Part shown: positions 52,093 through 63,285 of the stretch, one piece after another
Position numbering within the stretch: position 1 is the first letter of the stretch
Layout of the letters: each line of letters opens with the position of its first letter
DNA from: an uncultured delta proteobacterium
Lineage (GTDB): Bacteria > Desulfobacterota > WTBG01 > CAIYCZ01 > CAIRTM01
Reading direction: 5' to 3'
Length of the DNA stretch: 64,000 nucleotides
Assembly: GCA_963804955.1 (NCBI GenBank)
Contig: CAWDSQ010000005.1
Coordinates: forward strand, 32,001-96,000
The notes under the pieces: generated by a model
Told to the model about the DNA's origin: nothing
Seen by the model: the letters and a program-made list of their open reading frames with translations, nothing else
Database searches by the model: none
Position numbers and translations under genes: made by a program

Positions 52093-52244
52093 TATAAAAA
52101 GTATAGTTAAATTAAAGGTTATATTTATTCTGCTTAAAAGTTTCGATAATAAAAGACTTTTCTCTTCCAGTCTGCACCATCCGAAAAATTCCCCTGGTAG
52201 TTTTAACTAGCTTTAATTTAATCATAATTTTTAAAAAATGCTCA

Positions 52245-52260
52245 TGGCATGTTTAGTGCA
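52245..52260 (+). promoter_or_regulatory. Sigma54 (-24/-12) promoter
   Basis: TGGCATGTTTAGTGCA with canonical GG-N10-GC spacing in an AT-rich intergenic region. Confidence 0.7.
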
Positions 52261-52445
52261 ATTCTTTTGTAATATTGAGAAGAAAAAGATACCTGCTAAA
52301 TGCCCTAACGAAAAGCGATTTTTTTGAGGCTTGTTGATATTGAGGTGGAAAAACCAACAAAGGATGTTTCGGATTCCGTTCAGCCGGTACTTGGAAAGAA
52401 GAATAAATTCATAAAAAAACCAGGAGGTGAGTGAGGAGTGGTTTT

Positions 52446-53484
52446 ATGAAAACTACCAAACTTCTGATTTTTTCAGCAGCAGTATTTTGCATAGTCTCTG
52501 TTTAATGCCGGCGCTGCAGGCGCTATCGAATGCAAGCGTCCGCCGCTGCCCGAAGCGCTGGATGCGCTGAAATCAAGCTTTTCAGTGGATGTTTCAACAG
52601 TAACCGTTACCAGCTGGGACAACAGCACTCCCGCCCCTGCTGATGACAATATATATTATGTGTTTAAGCCCAAAAGACGGGTTCCAAAGACAGGTTTCAT
52701 CATACTGCCGGGCGGGAATTGCGATCCCCGGTCCTATGCCCCTGCTGCTCATGCCATCGCGGCAAAGGGATTTCTGACCTGCATTATTCCCATGCCGTCC
52801 TGTATTGCAATATTCGGCTATACGCGGGCAGGCAAAATAATTCAGGACTATGCACAGATTGAAAAATGGGTCATCGGCGGGCACTCAATCGGCGGAACTT
52901 CGGCAGGTATTTATGCCCTGCAGAACACTGCGGTCAGCGGGGTTGTCATCTGGGCATCGCTGCCGGATCCGGGAAACCGGCTGGACGCCACTGCTGTAAA
53001 AGTCCTGTCTGTCCACGGCTCGGAAGACGGCAGGGTTCCGCCGGAAAAAGTTTTGGAATATGCCCAGTATCTGCCCGCTGATACGGTATATGTGGAAATC
53101 GAAGGGGGAAATCATACCCAGTTCGGCTATATTGATCCTTCTCCGGATGCTTACTTGAAAAATCCGGATGATAAGCCGGCCACCATTTCCATCGAGGAGC
53201 AGCAGAGAAAAATTGTGCGGGCCACGGTTGATTTTCTGAAACAATTTGACGCAAACACCTGCCCCGTCATTAACCTGTTCGGCAGCAAAGACCCTCGCAC
53301 CATGACTATCGCCAGATTTCGCGATGAAATACTGATGAAGAGTTCAGCGGGCCGCAGCATAATTGCCTGCTATGAGAAAAACGGGGCAAAAGCAATTGAA
53401 ATTTTTGAGAAACACCCGATCATTAAAAGCTCTGCACGAAAGGTATTGGAGGCACTCCTGCCGGTCATGAAGCTTATATTATGA
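52446..53484 (+). CDS. Secreted alpha/beta hydrolase with CFI-box-CTERM-like tail (frameshift near 52500)
   Basis: Signal peptide from ATG 52446; PGG, GHSIGG, GSEDG, GGNHTQFG; tail CPV...RFRDEILMKSSAGRSIIACY. Confidence 0.8.
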
Positions 53485-53662
53485 TCTATCGGTGATGAAG
53501 TTGTAAAGGCGTACCGCGTGACGGGTCCAGAAAGGGCGAACGAAACAGCTGGATCCGACTTCGCCGGTATGACGATACAACGGTGTTTTGAGAAATTTTA
53601 AGGGACCTCATTTGTAATTTCCACCTTATAAAGTATTTTTTAAAAACACATGGGAGGGAAAA

Positions 53663-54829
53663 ATGAAACATACTATTCATGGCAATGCAAATTTTGTTTT
53701 TATTAGTATGCACTGCCCAGTGCAAAAGACACCATACCTATACCTGCGAGATAGACACTTCCAAAACAGGGTATGAACTGGCAGGTGCTTATGACAACTG
53801 CACGGTCTGGAATGCCCAGAAGACCATGACGCATATTGAGTGCAAAGATATCGATATCCGCGCTACCAAATTACCCCTGCTGGAATTCAGCGGCTCCTAT
53901 GCCACCCTGAATGCAGCGGAAAACTGGATACAGCCCTTTTATACTATTACTGCTGAAAACATGAGCACCTATCCCAATGCGCCTGCAAGCATCAATGGCG
54001 TCATACTGGCCAAATTCAAGTCCAAGGACAGCGTCGATGCTGCATTTGAATTTCGCAATCATCACGACAGGGGATTTGCGCTGATGTTCAGGAGGATATT
54101 TACGATACTGTGTATGCATGATATTTTAACCAGGGAGCAGCGGTCCAAATATCGGTCAGAGGGGAAAAATTGCTTTTCATCCCCGATGATGATGTGCCGC
54201 CGCTTGATAATACGACCAATCCGGTCCGCATGGGAACACAGTGGCTTGATGTTGATCCGGCCACAAAAGTAACCAGGGACACGGATGATAATAACACGTA
54301 TTATTATGAGCCATGGAGCCTGTATGTAACGCTGATGATTCCTCTATTTCTGACGATCGATTAAGGGGGGTCAGGTATTGCAAGCTTGTTAAGCCATCAG
54401 GCGATACTGAGCTGGATGCTTGAGAAGAGCTTTGAGGAAGATCCTGTTTTGATAACCCCGACCAGTACCGTATGTGATGGGCCATCTGCGCTTGAATCGC
54501 CGACAAATGGCAGTTGTTTGTTTTTTTCTGATTTATACGGAAGCAATTATTTCTGCGCGGATTTCACGGGTTCCGGCTTTACCCCGGAAAACTCGAAAGA
54601 AAAATGCGAAACAAACGCTGCGTATGATAATGAAACGTACAGCACTCTTCCGTGCAGTCAGAGAACGGCAGAAATTGAGAATTTCATAGATGGCTACCAG
54701 GGCCTGACGGGCATCTGTGTTGTCCATTGTAAAGCGGCTAATGAGTTTATCCTGAATATTTATAATGATAATCCGGAGACAAGATGCGGCGGCTTTGACT
54801 TTTTTACGCCGGGAGAATTGGGAAAATAA
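53663..54829 (+). CDS. Hypothetical secreted Cys-rich protein (several frameshifts)
   Basis: GGAGG RBS, signal-like start, three or four consecutive + strand ORF pieces ending in a Cys-rich domain; could be two genes. Confidence 0.45.
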
Positions 54830-54897
54830 AGGATGCCGTGAAACTGCGGTGATGCAGTGTTCGCTGTAAAAATTTCAACTTTTGTGGAGCTGAGAGA

Positions 54898-56843
54898 ATG
54901 AAACTTCTGGAACCCGGCCGGATCGGCAACCTCGAGATTAAAAACCGCGTCATCATGGCGCCCATGGGCATTCGGGGCCTGTGCGATCCGGATGACGGCT
55001 ACTGGGGTGAGCGCGTGCGGGCCTATTACGGGGCACGGGCTGCAGGCGGCTGCGGCATGATTACCCCGGAAATGGTTTTTGTCTCACAGGAGGCTGAACC
55101 TATTGCAAAGGAGCTGCTGAACCTTTCCAATGACATTCATCTTGCTGCGGTGCGCGGCTTGCAGAAACGATACATGCCTATAATTGCAAGCTGAGCATAC
55201 AGCTGACCGCCGGCTTCGGCCGCGTTATACCTCCCCCTGTAGTGGCTGAAGGAGTAATCCCTGTCTCGGCCTCGGAGAACACGAATTATTATGTGCCGGA
55301 GTATGCCGATTTAAACACCCGGGCTCTCTCGACTGAAGAGGCCGAGGCCCTTGCGCGGTCCTTCGGCTATGCTGCCCTGCGCTGCCGCCAGGCAGGCGCC
55401 GACTGCGTGGAGCTGCACGGCCACGAAGGGTATCTGATGGACCAGTTTATGACAGGCCTCTGGAACAGGCGCACTGACCGGTACGGCGGTTCGCGTGAGA
55501 AGCGGCTTACCTTTGCCCGCGAGGCAATTGAAGCGATTCAGCGCGAGGCGGGCCGTGATTTTCCCATTATCTACCGGTTCGGCATTACCCACTATCTTGA
55601 GGGCGGAAGAGAAGAGGAGGAAGGGCTCTGGATCGCCGGTGAGCTCGAAAAAATGGGTGTGGCTGCCCTCCATGTTGACGCCGGCTGCTATGAGACGTCC
55701 TGGTGGCCCCATCCGCCGCAGTATCAGGGGCCGGGGTGCATGGCGGACCTTGCCGCGAAAGTTAAAAATGTAACCAGCCTCCCGGTTATTGCAGTCGGCC
55801 GCCTGCACTATCCGGAAACAGCCGAACAGGTTCTGTCTGAAGGCAAGGCCGACTTTATTGCCATTGGCAGAGGCCTGCTTTCCGATCCGGAGTGGGTTAA
55901 TAAAGTGCAGAGCGGCAGAACCGATGAGCTTATGCCCTGCATCGGCTGCCATGAGGGCTGCCTGTGGCAGATGATTGCCGGCGAGCCCACAAGCTGCTCT
56001 CTCAACCCCTCATGCGGGCATGAAACAGATCGTCCGATTACTGCGCTGAAGAAGAAGCGGTCTCTGCTGATTGTCGGAGGCGGGCCAGCCGGCATCGAAG
56101 CTGCCCGGGTCGGCGCTCAGCGAGGCTTTGATGTTACCCTGTGGGAAGCAACCGGGCGGCTGGGCGGAAATCTCTGGCCGGCTTCGAAGCCGCAGTTCAA
56201 GCGCGATATTGCAGACTATTTGAAATACCTGGAGGGGCTTGCCTGCCGGCTGCCCATTGATATTGTTCTCAACAAGCGGGCCTGTGCCGGGGATGTGAGG
56301 AGCTTCGGCGCAGACCATGTCATCCTTGCTACCGGAGCAAGCATGGAGCCCCCGCCCTTTGACGGCGGCAACATACTGTCGGTGATACAGGTTTTAAACG
56401 GCACAGAGCCGAAAGGAAAAAAAATACTGATCATGGGCGGCGGCGTCATCGGATGTGAAACCGGGGTGTATCTTGCACGCAGGGGAAAGCAGGTTACTGT
56501 GTGCGCCCGTCAGGACTCCGATGAGCTTGATATGGACACGGTTGATCACAATAACCGCTTTATGCTTCTTAAAATTATAAAGGATGCGGGTATCACTGTG
56601 CTGCGTGCAACAATCCCTGTAGGGCTTGAAAATGGCGGTGTTGTGGCTGACCAGAAAGGTGTTCAGAAAAAAATTTCAATGGACAGTCTTGTTTTTGCAG
56701 GGCGGCTGTTCCCGGATAATGACCTCGGGAAGTCTCTTGAAGACATGCCAAACAGTATCAGCATCGGCGACTGCGTGAAATCCGGAACGATTATGGATGC
56801 TGTGTGGGGAGGTTTTCAGGCCGTAAGGGAGATTGAAAAATAA
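54898..56843 (+). CDS. NADH:flavin oxidoreductase / 2-enoate-reductase-like OYE-family Fe-S flavoenzyme (frameshift near 55160)
   Basis: IKNRVIMAPM, ELHGHEGYLMDQF, NRRTDRYGGS, CIGCHEGC...C, VGGGPAG, GGGVIGCE, IGDC. Confidence 0.88.
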
Positions 56844-56872
56844 GCAAGAGCCCGTGCGAGAAAGAGCATAGT

Positions 56873-57733
56873 ATGCCGGATGATTTTACCGAAGTCAGAA
56901 TTTTAGACAACTTCTATCAGACGTCCAGCTTCTTTCCCATGCCGGTGGTGCTGGTAAGCACGCTTGCAGCGTCAGGGCAGGCCAACCTGGGGCCTTACTC
57001 TCTGTGCTTCCCTCATACTATTACCGGCGGACGGGATCATGCCATGATGCTGATAGCACGGGGCACCGGCAATACAGCGGAGAATATTATCAGGACAAAA
57101 GTCTGCGCCCTTAACTTTATACCCGACAAAAGAAAATACATGAAAAATTGCGTTATGCTCGGATACCCCGGTGAAACAACAGAGCAGAAAATGAAAAACA
57201 GCATATTTACCCTGGCACCGTCCACCCGCGGCGAGGCTCAAGGCGTCCATCCCTATCCCCCGATAGTCAAAGAGGCGTTTCAGATATTTGAATGCACCTG
57301 GGATACCAGCTATCCCCTTAAGCATAATGAGGAGCTGGTGGAATGCCATTTTCTGCTGCGCATTGACAAAATTATTATGAAAAAGAAATGGCGGGACTGT
57401 CTGTTTAAAGGCAAAGGGTTCCCCCGCATGCCCATCGACTACGGGTACCGTGACAATGTGCGGTTCTGGTTTGCCGGGCACTCGCGGCCCTATGCAGTGC
57501 CCATTCCAAAAGAAAAGGGCAATGCCATTGAAACGGTACAGTATGCCTGCACGCGCTTTGACCCTGCCATCACCTGGGAAGATGAGGCCTGTGCAATGCT
57601 GGTAAAAGTGCCCAATATTTTTTTAAATAAAGCCCTCGGCGGCATTGTGGCTGAAGCTAAAAAAGCGGGGATTACGGCCATCACACCGGAGTTTTTGGCA
57701 ATAATCAGGGACAAACGTTCCGCCGGCAGGTAG
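56873..57733 (+). CDS. Flavin reductase-like protein with C-terminal PCP_red-like domain
   Basis: PMPVVLVST...NLGPYS, TAENI, ALNF; tail ITWEDEA..MLVKVP-IF...AEAKKAGITAITPEFL. Confidence 0.7.
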   Translation: MPDDFTEVRILDNFYQTSSFFPMPVVLVSTLAASGQANLGPYSLCFPHTITGGRDHAMMLIARGTGNTAENIIRTKVCALNFIPDKRKYMKNCVMLGYPGETTEQKMKNSIFTLAPSTRGEAQGVHPYPPIVKEAFQIFECTWDTSYPLKHNEELVECHFLLRIDKIIMKKKWRDCLFKGKGFPRMPIDYGYRDNVRFWFAGHSRPYAVPIPKEKGNAIETVQYACTRFDPAITWEDEACAMLVKVPNIFLNKALGGIVAEAKKAGITAITPEFLAIIRDKRSAGR

Positions 57734-57786
57734 AGAGCAGCAGCCTTGCCGGCTTGTAACAAAAAATCTAAAAGGAGGCGTATGTC

Positions 57787-58557
57787 ATGAAACGTTTTTA
57801 TGTCGCATTGGTAATACTTCTGGCTATCGGTCTTTTGTTTCCCTTAACCGATATCGCCAAGGCTGAGAGCTATCCGCCCCTGCCCGAAGCCCTGAGCGCC
57901 ATGGAAAGCGATGATAATGTAACGGTGGAAACAAAAAAACTGCCTTTTGCCCTGTTCAACCCGGAGTATTTCGTTTTTAAGCCGGTGGGCGTGGAGCCCA
58001 CCAGGGGCTTTGTCTTTTACCCCGGAGGTCTGGTTGATGCACGCGCATATGCGCCCCCTGCCCGCGCCATCGCCGAGGCAGGCTATCTCGTCGTTATCGT
58101 CAGCATGCCCTTTGACCTGGCGCCATTCGGCTGGAAGCGGGGAAACCATATTTTGAGGGAATTTGATTCGATTAAAACATGGGCCTTCGGCGGCCATTCT
58201 GTAGGAGGCGCCTTTATATGCAAATACGCCAAGCGGTATCCTAAAAAGGTGAGCGGGGTTGTTGTATGGGCTTCGACACCATCGGCTGCTTTCAGGCTGG
58301 ACAGGAGGGATATAAAGGCCATAGCCATTTACGGTTCCAATGATGGCGAGGCCGAGGATGTGCTGCCGGAGTCGGCGGAGTTTCTTCCCCCGGGAACTCC
58401 CTTTGTTGTCGTCCAGGGGGGCAATCATACGCAGTGCGGCTATTACGACACGGCCCCTGACCCGGTGCAGGAGGGTGACAATCCCGCAACTATTTCGCGG
58501 GAGGAGCAGCAGCGGCAGATGATCGAGGCAACCATTGATTTTCTGGACAAGCTGTAA
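57787..58557 (+). CDS. Secreted alpha/beta hydrolase, paralog of 52446-53484
   Basis: Signal peptide; FYPGG, GHSVGG, GSNDG, GGNHTQCG, ISREEQQ. Confidence 0.85.
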   Translation: MKRFYVALVILLAIGLLFPLTDIAKAESYPPLPEALSAMESDDNVTVETKKLPFALFNPEYFVFKPVGVEPTRGFVFYPGGLVDARAYAPPARAIAEAGYLVVIVSMPFDLAPFGWKRGNHILREFDSIKTWAFGGHSVGGAFICKYAKRYPKKVSGVVVWASTPSAAFRLDRRDIKAIAIYGSNDGEAEDVLPESAEFLPPGTPFVVVQGGNHTQCGYYDTAPDPVQEGDNPATISREEQQRQMIEATIDFLDKL

Positions 58558-58941
58558 GGAAGCATCATGAAAATAAGAATTTCAGCATTAAACCTGGAAG
58601 CAGAGCTAATTATGAAAAAGGGGTAATCATGCTGGAAAAAAACAGGCCCTGGATCGGGAAGTCGAGGCCTCGAAAGGGAAAATTATGCAGCAACAGCTTG
58701 AAGGGAAAGTGATTCTTTCTGCATCGACCGGAAGTAGCGTGGCGCAGGTTTTGTAAAAGTGACCGCAGTCAACTTTTCTATTGACAAAAACATTTTATTT
58801 CTTAATATTTCAATATATTTGTTGATAAAGATTCCGAAACAATATATTTTCGGACCATAAGGCAGAGCAGAGACCGTTTTTTTGCGTCTTGTCATAGTTT
58901 CTGGGAGCATACAAAAAAATTTTTTAAAGGGGGTAGCGTGT

Positions 58942-60533
58942 ATGCAAAAGAAGATTTTTTTAACAGCAGCGCTCGGCATTCTAGTCTATACCTTTTCCTT
59001 TCTGCCTTCCGCCCATGCCCTTATCGAACTCTACGATGGCAAGCTCAAGATCAACGGCTATGTGAAAGAATCGGTTTTTTATCGCACGCAAATGAATGAC
59101 GACGACAAAAAGTATCATCAGAATTCAATGGACTATGACTATGACCGCCGGCCTTTTAGAGGCGCTCTACACCTTTAAGGAGGACGAGGATTATACCCTG
59201 CGCGGTTTTGCCGGCTTCAAGTACTGGTGGGACAAAGGCGCCCATGTATGATCACAAGCTTCATCATAATATATATACACCCGAGACAAGCGAGACTATG
59301 TAAGCCCCCGTGATTTTGATGATGACGTGCTGACCGAGGCCTATATCGACTATATCAACGGCCCGCTGCAGATAAAGGTCGGCAAGCAGATTGTCATCTG
59401 GGGGCAGCTCGATATCCAGCGCGTGGCAGACGTCGTCAACCCGATTGACCTGCGCAAAGGCGCGCCCGGCATCGACAACTGGGAAGAGGTCAAGCGCGGC
59501 ATATGGATGATCCGGTCAATCTACAAATCACAGCTTCCCGGCGATCTGCAGTTTGAAGGCATTTTTAATCCCGGAGACTTTCGCGGCATACAGATTCCCT
59601 ATGAAGGCACCCATTACGGCCCGAGCACATGCCGTGACAAATCCGTTTACTCCCGGGCCCGATTTCGGCATTTTCAGCTGGCAGCAGCAGAAATGGCGGC
59701 GCGATATGCCGGGCTGGAACCTGAAGGACAATTATGAGTTCGGTTTCAGGATGACCGGGTATACCTGGGATGTCGACTGGACGCTGCTCTGTCTGGAATG
59801 CCCGCGATGACGGCCCGGTTGCACAATCCCACGCAGATAACGCCTTTTACTCTTCAGTATATAACAGGCAGGCATTTTTTCGCAAATACTCGGCCGCGGC
59901 ATTAATCCGCCCGATGTTTCGGAATATAATGAGCGCGTATATTACTTTAAGCGGTATACGACCTTCGGCGGCACAGCGCAGACGGTTATTAAGCCGCTCT
60001 GGGACACGGTATGGCGGTTTGAATGGTATTATGAGAAAAACAGGCCCATGAATCTTGGCAACGGACGGCGACAAGGCCGCAACCTACGGCTGGACGCGCA
60101 GGAATATTCTGGGCGGGGCGCTGCAGTGCAGTAAATATATACGGATTCCCGTGGTTTACGGAAAGCTTCATTGCCAATAATGCCCGTACGAGCGTGGCGC
60201 TTACCTACTTTTACGAAAAGGTTTTAAATTTTAAAAACGACCTGGTGGTTGACGACCGCAATCACAAGGCCGGCGCCTCCTCAACCGACCGCTTATCCTG
60301 TTCGTGCAGCAGGATCATGCTGCAGGGCTCGTTCATGTTTATTTTTACGGGAAACTATTTTCTGCGCATCAAAAAATGGATGGCCGTTCCCGCCCTGACC
60401 TATGTTTTGCCCGGCAAGCACTGGCGGGTGAGATCTCGGCTATGTTGCCTACGGGGTCGGCAGATATGATTATATCGGCAGGAGCACCGACCGCAAGGAC
60501 AGTATTTTTACGCGCATAAGATATGAATTTTAA
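58942..60533 (+). CDS. DUF1302-like outer-membrane beta-barrel (multiple frameshifts)
   Basis: Signal peptide, EAYIDY...KVGKQIVIWGQLD..RVADVVNPID, C-terminal YEF*; precedes DUF1329-YCF48-RND. Confidence 0.72.
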
Positions 60534-60557
60534 CTCTTCATTACAAGGAGGTTTGCA

Positions 60558-61846
60558 ATGATTCAAAAAGTCCATGTTTCATGCAGTAAAAAAATGCATT
60601 CCCGCTTTTATGCTTCTGGCGCTGCCGGTTTTTGCTTCTGCCGCAGAGATTCAATTTCCGGTGCCGTGCCTATACGCCCGAGGAGCTTGCAAAAGTCACG
60701 GGAGTGGGAAAAGACCTGGGTCGGCAAAAAGGTCGACGCAAGCAGTATCGACCAGGTGGCGCAGTTTCTTCCGGAAGGATTTGTGAAGCATATTTAAAGA
60801 TCAGGCAACCTGGTATGCGCCGCCGGAAGGGTTCAGCTTTCTGATATCAGCCTATAAGCCCGCAGGCGTGACCCCCGGCACCATAGAGGCCACGAAAAAG
60901 TGGGCGCCCTCTGGTGAAGACGGATGCGAACGGCTGGATTACCAATTATGCCGAGATTGCCGGCGTGCCGTTTCCGAACCCGAAAACAGGGCTCGAGGTG
61001 GCCTATAACTTCGAGTGCAATACCCGCGGCGACACCTATCACAGCCGCTGGATGAGCCCGGTTATCAACCCCCGCACAAAATCAGACCGCCCTGCCGACC
61101 AGGAGTTTACGGAAATGTTTTTCATTCACCGCGTCGATGTCGAGCCGAAGCCGGCCTATGCTGACACCGACAACCCCAAAGGCTATTTCCGCACTGAGCT
61201 GCTGCATTTTTATCTGCCCGCGGAGATGCTGAACAGCCGGCTGCTGCAGATCAGGTATATCGATGATAAAAAGGATGACGACGCATATCTGTACTATAAC
61301 CAGTTCAGGCGCATCAGGCGAATCTCGGCCAGCGAGCGCTGCAATGCCATCGACGGCACAGACCAGCTCTATGACGACGCCTACCAGTGGGACAGCCATG
61401 TGGGCAAAAACACCTATAAGCTTATCGGCAGGAAGGAGATGCTCGTCCCCCGCCATACCGATGCACCAAGGGCGTGCGCGTCATGGGGCAGGGGTTTCCC
61501 TCGGGATCTTAATTTCGAGCGCTGCAACCTGTGGGTCGTCGAGGCGGTCAGCAAGGAAAAGGGCTATATTTATTCGAAGCGGATCTGGTATGTGGACCCC
61601 GAAACCTGGCTTATCGTCTGGCAGGAAACATTTGATAAAAACGGCAAATACTGGAAAGTGTTCGGCGAGCTGACCGATGACATCAAAAACGCCAACGGCG
61701 ACATGAGAAATTTTTTTACCGGCCTTGTTATTTTTGATTTTATACGCATCCATGCCGGCTGGAGCGTGCAGGCGACCAAAGAACTGTCGGTGCCCACAAT
61801 CAAGCCCGACATGTTTACGACAAGCAATCTTCAGAAAACATATTAA
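60558..61846 (+). CDS. DUF1329 family periplasmic protein (LolA-like fold; frameshifts in the 5' part)
   Basis: GVPFPNPKTGLEVAYN, YYNQFRRIRRI, YSKRIWYVD, DKNGKYWK, FT-SNL. Confidence 0.8.
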
Positions 61847-61962
61847 GCAGGCTGAAAGGCTTGCCCTGCACGCGCGGGGCAAGCCGTTTTTTCATAAGGC
61901 TGCAGCCGCACATCGGCGTGAATCAGCAGCCTGCGCTGAAACAAGGAGAAGGGATTACTCCC

Positions 61963-63052
61963 ATGAGACTATGTTCTGTACAATGGCTGCTGGTACCTGT
62001 GGCGATAGCCGCATGTTTCCTTGCAGCAGGATGCTCACGGTCCGGCCAGAAGATGGAGGTTCCTAAAATCAAGATGATTGCCCGGGATAATTTTCATGGC
62101 GTCATCTGCCCGGACGCAAAGACGGTCTACCTCACGGGCAATTACGGCGCGCTCTTTAAATCGGACGACGGCGGCGAGAACTGGACACGGCAGGATTCGG
62201 GAATAAAGGGTGAAAGCATCCTGGTCGACGGCTCCTTTATCGATGCCTCTACCGGATGGGTCGCGGGGCTGCACGGCACCGTGCTGCACACCGGCAATGG
62301 CGGCGCTGTATGGGAAAAACAGAAGACGGGCACGGATAAGCACCTGTTCAGCATATCATTTGTCGATAAAAACAATGGCTGGGCCGTAGGCAACTGGAAT
62401 ACCATTATTCACACGGCCGACGGCGGCAAAACCTGGACGCGCCTGACGCCTGAGGAAGACAGGATTTATAAAAATGTCTGTTTTGTCGACACGGCCAACG
62501 GCTGGGTTGTCGGCGAGAAGGGCACTATTTTCCGGACGACCGACGGCGGCAAAACCTGGACGCGGCAGATGCCGAAAAAATGGGAGGCAATCGCCGATGA
62601 TGATTTTGAAAACCCCAAGCCCGCGCTGTACTGCGTCTGGTTTACCGACACGAAAAACGGATGGATTTCCGGGATCGAGGGGACGCTTCTGAAAACGCAG
62701 GACGGCGGCGACACATGGGACATCCTGCCCACGGGCACGACCCTGTCCCTGTATACGGTTTTTGTCAAATACGGCAGGGGCTGGATCGTCGGCGACAAGG
62801 GCGCCTATCTTATGTCGGAAGACGGGGGCTCGACATGGAAAGTCTATGATGAAGCCATCAAGACCAGAACGGCCCTGCGGGATGTGTTTTTCTAGCAGCG
62901 CCGATTCCGGCTGGGCTGTCGGCATGGCAGGCACGGTCGTGCACACGGCCGACGGCGGCAAAACCTGGGAGTTTTATTCCGGCCTTTCCTATGCCATGAA
63001 ATTTTTTGTCATGCCCAAGGCCCTTGAGTTCAAGGGCATGGTCACGGAGTAA
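61963..63052 (+). CDS. YCF48-related BNR-repeat beta-propeller lipoprotein (frameshift near 62890)
   Basis: Lipobox LAAGC; repeated GW-VG--G-I--T-DGG-TW. Confidence 0.85.
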
Positions 63053-63054
63053 AG

Positions 63055-63212
63055 CAGAAGTCAGAATGAAAAAAAGAAGTCAGAATCCAGAAGTCAGGAG
63101 CCAGCATGAAAGACAGAAAAAGAATTCAGAATCCAGAAGTCAGTAGACAGAAGAAATTTTTAGTTTTGAATTTTTTATTCTGGATTCTGGATTCTGGATC
63201 CTGGCTTCTGGA
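63055..63212. repeat. Inverted heptamer tracts (CAGAAGT/CAGAATC versus TTCTGGA)
   Basis: Left arm of CAGAA(G/T)(T/C) units, right arm TTCTGGA x3, TCCTGGC, TTCTGGA; the arms are complementary. Confidence 0.75.
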
Positions 63213-63285
63213 ACAGACCACAAAATAATTCCACAGAGATTGTTGTAGAGCTCTAAATCATAATAACCAGGGAGAATCTTCGCTT

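Noticed and set aside
53493..53630. MITE between the hydrolase and the Cys-rich gene
   Set aside because: Only degenerate pieces (GATGAAGTTGTAAA; CTGGATCCGACTTCGCCGGTATGAC) are visible, with no clean TIR pair or target duplication.
58740..58755. Second sigma54 promoter before the DUF1302 gene (TGGCGCAGGTTTTGTA)
   Set aside because: The -12 element is GT rather than GC, and a TTGACA at 58781 offers a sigma70 alternative. Not supportable from sequence alone.
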